From the NCBI RefSeq assembly GCF_001735745.1, contig NZ_CP017260.1, positions 1,650,001-1,682,000 on the forward strand: 32,000 nt of DNA, in the 5' to 3' direction. Source of the DNA: Formosa sp. Hel1_33_131 (GTDB taxonomy: Bacteria; Bacteroidota; Bacteroidia; Flavobacteriales; Flavobacteriaceae). The notes beneath the pieces were generated by a model. The model did no database searches, was not told the DNA's origin, and worked only from the letters and a program-made list of their open reading frames with translations. A program made the translations under genes and the position numbers. Positions within the stretch are counted from its first letter, which is position 1, and every line of letters starts with the position of its first letter. Shown here piece by piece: positions 5,582 to 13,500 of this stretch.

Positions 5582-7162
5582 TTAATAATAAAATGCAAAA
5601 TGAGTATTAACAGCTCCAGTTGTGACATTATATCCAAACCCAATATTTGGATTAGTAAAATTCTGCTGATAATAATTTATAGCTGTTTTACCCAATTCCA
5701 CATCCTTGGAAGCGTCTATGTTAATCGTTGTACTTGAAGTTCGAGTTACAGAGTTACTGAAGTCTGCGCCAGCTTCAAAATTCTCACCTATACTTAAACT
5801 TGCAGAAACTTTGGTTGTATTAGTTATACTAATAGAGTTCGTCTGAGAAACGTCAACTGTAATGTCATCATGTTCATAGATAGCCATACTAATTGCACTA
5901 CCATATTCATTGCCATCCCATGTTCCATTAGGACTTAAAGGTAGATATCTAGCTTGAGAATAAATTCCCTCTTCTGATAAACTTATTGGTATATCGTAAT
6001 AAATAGGAAAGGCTTTTAGATAAAACCCATTGCCATTAAAAATGACATCTGGCATTTCAGATTGTAAGGGAGAACCATAATGAGTTTGTATTTCAAAAAA
6101 ATTAAAAAATGTGCCAAAGAAAACAAATTTCCAATCGGATGGTGGGCAAAATTCATTCTGCATCAAATTGCCACACATTGAGGCAACAGAAAATTGATAA
6201 TGTAGCGACATAACATCTTCTCCACCTGGTTGATTATTTAATCCTATGAAGGTTGATAAATTTGTTAATTTAAATCCTTCAATTACGTTTTTTTCAGTTC
6301 TACAATCTCTTTCATATACAATATTACAGTTCATACTTTCTGAACTATCGGGTAGTAGAATAGCACACAATCGAGCATTAATCAAATCTTCATTAAGTGT
6401 TATTTTATCTACAAAATCGTAGCTTTCATTTGAGTGAATAGTGTAGTCTTGTCTATTGAACTCTGAACAAGCAGAAAGTAATGGAAAATTATCATCATAA
6501 AAATCATCTCCCCAAAATGTAGTACTCGTGTTTTTTTTAACTGGGATTAAACGCTCACTTTCTTCTATTTGTATGGGTAAATAATTAGAAATAACATTTG
6601 AATTACTAACCGACCTATTTGCTAAGTTTTGTGTACCGTTCTTAAAGTAAACGACTTTTTTTTTATACTTAGTTAAACAAGGATAAACAGCAAACTCTAG
6701 CTCTAACTCATTATTCCCTAAAACAGCTTCTGTCCATTGGGGTATTTTAATTGCTAGATTAGGTAATAAGGTATTAATATTGGTGATAAGATTTTTTTTA
6801 TCCTCATTTTTTGAGTGAAATTCTAAAAGCAAGTCCTTCAAAGATTTTCCGTCTGAAAATAGATTATCTTTTTGCTTAATATAAAGGATCTCTGTTGTTT
6901 TATTTTCTGGATTAATTAATTTTGAGAATAGTTTGTCATTGAATGTAGGATTGTTAATTAAAAAACTACTGATTGCCTCTCCAACAACAACTTTTATTTT
7001 GTCTTGATTGGAAAGATTATCATAATTAAAATCTAAATCATCTAAAACAACTTCATTAACATCAAGTGCAGGCGCTGGTGCTTCTTTATAATCATCAACT
7101 GAGCAAGAATAAACTAAGCAAAAAATAATCATTAAATAAATAATATTAATTACATTTTTCAT
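5582..7162 (-). CDS. Large lipoprotein of unknown family with a Ser/Thr-rich amphipathic beta-hairpin-like C-terminal region
   Basis: 526-aa ORF with lipobox LVYSC|SVDD and AT-rich codon usage. The C-terminal ~170 aa are beta-rich and the protein ends ..HFAFYY. Confidence 0.7.
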   Translation of the reverse strand: MKNVINIIYLMIIFCLVYSCSVDDYKEAPAPALDVNEVVLDDLDFNYDNLSNQDKIKVVVGEAISSFLINNPTFNDKLFSKLINPENKTTEILYIKQKDNLFSDGKSLKDLLLEFHSKNEDKKNLITNINTLLPNLAIKIPQWTEAVLGNNELELEFAVYPCLTKYKKKVVYFKNGTQNLANRSVSNSNVISNYLPIQIEESERLIPVKKNTSTTFWGDDFYDDNFPLLSACSEFNRQDYTIHSNESYDFVDKITLNEDLINARLCAILLPDSSESMNCNIVYERDCRTEKNVIEGFKLTNLSTFIGLNNQPGGEDVMSLHYQFSVASMCGNLMQNEFCPPSDWKFVFFGTFFNFFEIQTHYGSPLQSEMPDVIFNGNGFYLKAFPIYYDIPISLSEEGIYSQARYLPLSPNGTWDGNEYGSAISMAIYEHDDITVDVSQTNSISITNTTKVSASLSIGENFEAGADFSNSVTRTSSTTINIDASKDVELGKTAINYYQQNFTNPNIGFGYNVTTGAVNTHFAFYY

Positions 7163-7570
7163 AATATTTAATTTATCAATTTAGGTGAAAAATAAATTAT
7201 TAAGTCGTTATTCTTCGTTGTGGGCTTTCCACAGGTTCGACTTTTTGACACCTATTTTTCACTTTCTTAGAGGGTAAACTCCTAATTTTTAATTCCCGTA
7301 AGCCGGATGGTCTTGAGTTTATCCTGTAGAATCGGTTCTAATAGACACCTGTACTCTACATTTGAACTTAAATTCTGACATCCAAAAACGTATGGATACC
7401 TGAAAAAAGTCCCTATGTTATTTACAGTAAAATAATATCTTACGCGTCGGTTAAACTGCTTACAAAGAATTAGATTTGAGTTCTAATTTTTGTAAACGTA
7501 ATAAAATAAAATAAATAATGAGGTGATTTCTCCCTTACTAAAAGTAAGGGAAAACCTTACTTTTAAAAAT

Positions 7571-7600
7571 TCCCTTCTTAAAACAAGGGATTATTTTTTT
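7571..7600 (+). terminator. Hairpin plus T-run, terminator-like on the plus strand and weaker on the minus
   Basis: tccctt-cttaaaac-aaggga is followed by ttattttttt. It is preceded by mutually exclusive hairpins cccttac/gtaaggg (7532-7550) and gtaagg/ccttac (7544-7560). Confidence 0.3.
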
Positions 7601-7640
7601 AAAAAAATTGATTTGAAGGCTCCCTCAATACATTTTTCCC

Positions 7641-7668
7641 ACAAAAAAGCCCCGCAAATGCGAGGCTG
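7641..7668 (-). terminator. Rho-independent terminator of the adhesin/PorP/OmpA operon
   Basis: Minus-strand RNA gccucgc-auuu-gcggggc (7-bp stem with one G.U pair) is followed by uuuuuug, about 30 nt downstream of the OmpA-family stop. Confidence 0.6.
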
Positions 7669-7696
7669 TTTATATATAAAAAAAGTGTTTTAAAAC

Positions 7697-9610
7697 TTAC
7701 TCATCATTTGGATTTCCTTCCAAGATAAAGAACTCAGAACGTCTGTTTAGTTGGTGTTCGTCTTCTGTACACTTGCTACCACAATCTACATTAGGAGTCA
7801 TTTCTCCTTTGCCTGTTCCAGTAATTCTACTGGCATCAATCCCTTTAGAAATCACATACTGAGCCGTTGTTTTGGCACGTCTGTCTGACAACGATAAGTT
7901 ATAGGAGGCTGATCCACGAGAATCTGTATGCGACTCTGCACTGATCACAATCGATTCGTATTTAGTCATCAATTGTACGAGTTTATCCAACTCAAAAGCT
8001 GCCTGTGCCGTGATGTTCGATTTGTCAAAATCAAAGTAAATAGGATTTAAAATGACTTTGTTTGCAAGGATAATTTCATCAATTGGAGTTAAGAGTAGTT
8101 CCGCAGAAACTTCTTCTTCACTGGTTCCCGCAACGGTTGTCATGCCACTTTCGTAATCGACTTTAGACCCTGTTAGTATCGTATCTATATCACATTCAAT
8201 GATGTATTCAACAATGCCTTCAGCGTTTGATACTTTCGTTCCAAAAACAGTGCCTTCAGCATCTTTAATGTCAACTCTTGCACCTTCTAAAATCAAGCCT
8301 GTTTTGCTGTCTTTTACGGTAACGGTCATTAACACATCGCAAATCGGTTGCAGTTTCTTGATGGCATAGATATCATCGCTTCCTTTTCCGCCTTCTCTGT
8401 TAGAAGACACAAACCCTTCTTCGGTTTCTTCATTCATGCTAAACGCAAAATCATCGGCATTTCCATTCACAGGAATTCCTATATTTCGTACAGGGCCTAC
8501 TTTTCCATCCACTACCTTTGCAAAATACACATCCATACCTCCAAGCCCTAAATGGCCATTAGAAGAAAAATAGAGTGTATTATTTGAGCTGATAAACGGA
8601 AACATTTCTTGTCCCTCTGTATTTAATTTTTGCCCCATATTAGTGGCTTCACCTACGGATCCATCTGCATCAATAGGCGCACTGTAAATGTCAAATTGAC
8701 CGTAACCCCCTGTTTTGTCCGAAGCAAAATATAAGGTACTGCCGTCCGCACTGACTGTTGGGTTTTTAACAGAATAGCTGTCTCCATTTAAAGACAAGGC
8801 TTCTGCTTCCGACCATTGGTCTTCTTGCTTCACGCTCTTATAGAGGTTCAAAACACTGATTTTGTATTTTGTCAACGAATCTCTTTCAAAAACTTTATCG
8901 TAATAACTTTCACGAGAAAAATACATCGTATTTCCATCTGGAGAAAAACTTACGGTTCCTTCGTGGTATTTTGTATTGATGTTTTCCTTAATAATGGCAG
9001 GCATTTGAAAAGCACCGTCACTATCTACTGTGGAAGTGTAGATATCCAAAAAAGGCTCTTCATTCCATCCGTAGGTTTTTCGATTGTTATTTCTAGCAGA
9101 AGTAATGTAAAGTTTCCCATCTTGAAGTGTGCCTCCAAAATCTGAAACCTCAGAGTTGATCGGTAAATTCTGAACATTGAATTTTTTGCCTTTCTCTAAA
9201 ATTTTAGGCAAATAATTAGGGTTGGCTCTAAATGCTGTGGCTCTGTGATCTGCTGGGCGCATGGAAGCAAATTTATCTAACTGTATGTTAGACTCTTCAT
9301 ATTTCCCGTTTGCTTTTAGCATTTGAGAGTAATTGTAAATCATCTCTGGGCTAGAAGAAGTTTCCAATGCTTTGGCATACCACATTTCTGCCTCTACAGT
9401 TTTGAATACATTGTAATAGCATTCTGCCAGTTGTCCATAGACATAAGCATCTGCGTCGCCGTCGGTTGCTAATTTTAAGTAATCTTCAGCTGCTTCAACA
9501 AATTGATATTTGTTAAAATGCTTGTCCGCTTTTTTTGTGGCATTACTTTGAGCAGTTAAGCAAAAACTACTCATTAAAGTGATGATAAAAATTGATATAA
9601 TATTTTTCAT
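7697..9610 (-). CDS. OmpA-family outer-membrane protein (TPR + TolB-like beta-propeller repeats + OmpA C-terminal peptidoglycan-binding domain)
   Basis: 637 aa with a signal peptide. The C-terminus (FDFDKSNI..ESHTDSRGSASYNLSLSDRRA..) is a canonical OmpA_C-like domain. The position downstream of PorP/SprF is the conserved arrangement. Confidence 0.9.
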   Translation of the reverse strand: MKNIISIFIITLMSSFCLTAQSNATKKADKHFNKYQFVEAAEDYLKLATDGDADAYVYGQLAECYYNVFKTVEAEMWYAKALETSSSPEMIYNYSQMLKANGKYEESNIQLDKFASMRPADHRATAFRANPNYLPKILEKGKKFNVQNLPINSEVSDFGGTLQDGKLYITSARNNNRKTYGWNEEPFLDIYTSTVDSDGAFQMPAIIKENINTKYHEGTVSFSPDGNTMYFSRESYYDKVFERDSLTKYKISVLNLYKSVKQEDQWSEAEALSLNGDSYSVKNPTVSADGSTLYFASDKTGGYGQFDIYSAPIDADGSVGEATNMGQKLNTEGQEMFPFISSNNTLYFSSNGHLGLGGMDVYFAKVVDGKVGPVRNIGIPVNGNADDFAFSMNEETEEGFVSSNREGGKGSDDIYAIKKLQPICDVLMTVTVKDSKTGLILEGARVDIKDAEGTVFGTKVSNAEGIVEYIIECDIDTILTGSKVDYESGMTTVAGTSEEEVSAELLLTPIDEIILANKVILNPIYFDFDKSNITAQAAFELDKLVQLMTKYESIVISAESHTDSRGSASYNLSLSDRRAKTTAQYVISKGIDASRITGTGKGEMTPNVDCGSKCTEDEHQLNRRSEFFILEGNPNDE

Positions 9611-9630
9611 AGTGTAATGATTAACTTAGA

Positions 9631-10548
9631 TTAGAAATAACGTGGAGACCGTGAAACTTTAGTTGAGAAATTAAGGTCAAAATTAATAAAAATTTCATGC
9701 GATGAACTGGTCACAATGTCCAAATCCGATTGAATCGCATCATACGCATATCCAATTCTTAGATTGTCCATAACCTGAAAATTTACCATCCCACTAAAAG
9801 AATCTTCCAATCGATAGCCGACACCTACTTCTACAACATCAAACATAAATACATTTGCATTTATATCGTAACTCACAGGCGCATCAAACGCATATTTTAT
9901 AAGTGTATGTGGCTTTAATTTAAAGTTTTCTGAAAGATCAAACACATACCCTGCAGCTGCAAAAAAGTGTTCGGACTCCGAACCAATTTTTGTCCCGTTC
10001 GCATCTAAATGCACCCCATTTAAAATGTTTGGGATTGATACCGAAATATAGTACTTGCTTGGCTTATAGAAATAGGCTCCAGCTCCTATGTTAGGAGTGG
10101 TTTCGTTGATGGCATTTGCAAAAAATGGATCGCCTTGATCTATCAGTGTAATTTGACTTTCTGCAATCCCTATATCATGAAAGGTAAAACCACCCTTCAC
10201 ACCAAATGCTAATTTGGTCACCGTTCCGACTGGAATGGTGTAAGAGAAATCTACATACGCATTGGTTTCCTTAACAGGGCCAATTTGATCTGCGATTATA
10301 GACAATCCCAAGCCAACTCGTTTCCCAACAGGGGAGTGGATGTTAAATGTAAAGGTTTCTGGCCCTCCATCGAGTCCCACCCATTGGCTACGGTACAAGG
10401 CGCCAACGGCCAAGCCTTCGGTGGATCCTGTATAAGCTGGATTGATAATATTCATATTGTACATATACTGCGTGTACTGTGGATCCTGTTGTGCATTCAC
10501 CTGAGAGGCACACAGTAGTGTAAATAAAATTATTACTAAATTTTTCAT
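9631..10548 (-). CDS. PorP/SprF-family type IX secretion system membrane protein
   Basis: 305 aa. The N-terminal hallmark AQQDPQYTQYMYNMNIINPAYTG and the beta-barrel pattern ending ..SPRYF are present. It sits 21 nt downstream of a type B CTD adhesin. Confidence 0.9.
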   Translation of the reverse strand: MKNLVIILFTLLCASQVNAQQDPQYTQYMYNMNIINPAYTGSTEGLAVGALYRSQWVGLDGGPETFTFNIHSPVGKRVGLGLSIIADQIGPVKETNAYVDFSYTIPVGTVTKLAFGVKGGFTFHDIGIAESQITLIDQGDPFFANAINETTPNIGAGAYFYKPSKYYISVSIPNILNGVHLDANGTKIGSESEHFFAAAGYVFDLSENFKLKPHTLIKYAFDAPVSYDINANVFMFDVVEVGVGYRLEDSFSGMVNFQVMDNLRIGYAYDAIQSDLDIVTSSSHEIFINFDLNFSTKVSRSPRYF

Positions 10549-10569
10549 TATTGTTTATTGTTATTTTGG

Positions 10570-13500
10570 TTAGTAATTTAGGTATATCCAGCTTGTAATC
10601 GGTGCTCTTCCAGAGTTAAATTGAATCACATAGAAATAAGTTCCAACGGGTAATAAGTCGTTAGAATTTGAATTTCCAGAACTCGCATCTTGTCCACACC
10701 ATTGGCTTGTATAATCATTCAACTCAAATACTTTGACTCCGTATCTGTTATAGATTTCAGCTTTGACAATATCATCAGATGCTTCTAAATGATCTAAAAC
10801 AAGACAGTCATTTACACCATCGCCATTTGGTGAAAGTCCCTGAGGGATGTCCACACAGTCCGCGTTCATAAAGCCAGCGACTTCAATTGTTGTGGATGAT
10901 TGACAGGTCGTATTAAAATCTATAACGACTACCTCCACAAATCCGAGTGCTTCTCCTGCAACATGGGTGTAAGTATAATCTGAGCCAGATTGAACTTCAG
11001 TTCCGCCAATATACCAAACATATTCAAGATCGCTTCCTAAAAGATCCATATTTAGAACGTTTACAGAAAGATCCGTATCCTCATTCATACATTTTGTAAA
11101 AATGGTATCCTCTTCAAGTTGAGGTGTTACGCCTGCAACCAAAGTAATGGTGGTTTCACCAAAACAGTCTCTTTCATCAATTACAGTAACAAAATACTCG
11201 CCAGTTTGATCTGAATCTGCTGGGACTGTATAGGTATTATCAGGTCCCGCTTGTACATCAACGCCATCATACGTCCAATAATACGTCATCGTCGCTAAGA
11301 CATCCGAATTCGTAACCGTTACCTCCAAAATACTTTCTTCACCTGAACAACGGTAAATGTTGCTTTCAGTTGCGATTGGTTCTGGGGTTGGGTTAATACC
11401 TACTTCTACATCATCTGTTATGGTAGCTGTTCCACCAGTACAAAGGGTATATGTAATTGCTGCGGTGTACGTAGTTGTTACAGAAGGTGCTACCGTTACA
11501 GTTTCACCAGTTCCTACAGACGTTGTGCCATCAAACCATTCAATTGTGAAATCAGGATCTCCTAATGAAGGAGTAAATCTCCAAAATTCATCTGTAGCAT
11601 CCCAAACGCCAGTGTTTCTTCCAGGCGGTGTAAATGCAACTGTTCCTGGTACGTTTTGAACTCCAACAACAGCGTTGCCATCATTCCAAGCCGTACACGT
11701 TGGTTTGTCATAAATATTCACATCAATCGCGTTAGACGATTCGTAAAGAATAATCTGTGAGCTTGATTTGTTATCCCCACAAGAAGATCCAAAATGACAG
11801 ACTTCAGAATAGTTGACAACAAATTGTCTTGATGGCGATGCGCCTAATATGACATAATTGATGTCTCCACAAACGGAAGGATCAATATCGTGACCAACTC
11901 CAAATATATTTGCTTCTGATAAGGTTGAATTTGAAGAGTTCGGTAAAGTGTCTCCTGGATCTAAACTGTATCCATTACCACCTCCTGCATTCTCAAATTC
12001 AAAAGACAGTACGCCATTTGATCCTATTAAAATTTGACTGTAAGTTTCTCCAAAGAAACAAAACTCAAACCCTAAATCAATAATGTCAGACCAAGTATCA
12101 TCAGTATCCACACTTGTTGGCGTCCCACCCTCAAGTGCTGGCATTGGACACGATTGTTGTAAATTGACTTCGTAAGCCGTAGTGTCTTGTCCTAAAATAT
12201 GGTAAGCGGCTGTTAAATTAGTACTGGTGCCTTCACAAAAAGTAGTGTCTTCTCCAGCATATATAATTGAACAATCGTTTGGTGGTGGTGGACATAAAAA
12301 GGTCATTGCACCACTATTCACCAGACAAGAGTCATCATCGTTATTTACAGATGAGATTATCACATTGAAGCCTGCTGTGTAAGGGCCAAAAGTAATGACG
12401 CCTGTGCTTGTCACCGTCTGAGCTGCACTTGCGAGGTTGTCAGAAACAACCACTGATGTTGCACTTCCTAAATCTGAAATATCAACTTCAATAAAGAATT
12501 CTTGACTGACTTCACAGTCGCCTATGATATCATAAGAAACAGTTTGTGTGATACAGGTTTTACAACTCACATCAAAATCCCACGGGGTATAGAAAGTACT
12601 TGCATCACAACTGCTAGAGCCGTCTGAATCTACTTCTACATATATGGATGTTGAGGTCGATTCAATAACCAGACCTGCAAGATCATCCATGTTGTTTGTA
12701 TTGTTGTTAAACAACACCGTTCCTGTGTTATCAAGTCCATCGTATATCGTAATGTCATCGTAATTTCCTTCAATTGTACCCGCATTAAAAGTTAATTTTA
12801 ATGGAAATCCAGTTGTAGAGGTGAATACCCAAAACATGGTGTCGTTATTTTCATAACAATAATTTATGTTTACGGGAACTCCGGATGCACAGTCCACAGT
12901 ATAATTTGTTTGTTGTGTGGTTGTAAAGGTTACGGGTCCAGACCATGTAGAAAAACCATCTACTGCACCACAATCGGCACGTACATATACATCGTAGGTC
13001 GTTTCAAAATCCAAGCCTGTAAATTGTGTAGAGGTCACAGTTGCTGCAGACCCACTTCCAGTGGGTGCAGGATCGCCTGTTGGAACTATGATATATTCCC
13101 AAGAACTATTTCCTGTTGCTCCAGTCCAATCAAAATCAGCTGTCGAACCAGAAATATTAGAAATGGTCAGTGCTGTTGGAGGATAACAACTTGGTGCGGG
13201 TGCACAAGAGATTAAAATTTCATATCCAGGATCATTAGCAAACCCATCACTTTCAAACACAAAAGTCAAGGCGCCTGTAGCATCTGTTGATGAAACAGGA
13301 TCTGGAACATTTGCTCCACTAAAGCTTCCTAATACATCTGAGGTTGCATCTGGTCCATTGTAAACCGTAAAGAAATCCCAATTTGCTTCCGTTTCAAAAC
13401 TGATGAAGGTCAAAGTCACAAGATCTCCTGCAGTTTCAGGGTATATAGTGACAGTTATCGATTCATTACCTGAATAATCTCCAGTAGCGCCTCCAGAATC

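Noticed and set aside
5540-5737. Plus-strand 65-aa ORF spanning the inverted-repeat arm and the 3' end of the 526-aa gene
   Set aside because: It overlaps the convincing minus-strand gene and starts inside a repeat. The composition is not protein-like.
7231-7246. acaGGTTCGActtttt resembles a tRNA T-loop (GGTTCGA), hinting at a tRNA gene or a tRNA-derived att site
   Set aside because: No complementary T-stem, acceptor stem or anticodon arm can be drawn on either strand. A 7-nt match is expected by chance.
8348-9145. Plus-strand ORFs 8348..8551 and 8816..9145
   Set aside because: Antisense to the OmpA-family gene. There is no independent support.
11357-13215. Plus-strand ORFs 11357..11659 and 12910..13215 (100-101 aa), and the minus-strand alternate-frame ORF 13644..13880
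   Set aside because: They lie entirely inside the adhesin coding region, antisense or in another frame. Their low-complexity composition mirrors the Thr/Gly/Ser-rich sense frame, so they are shadow ORFs.
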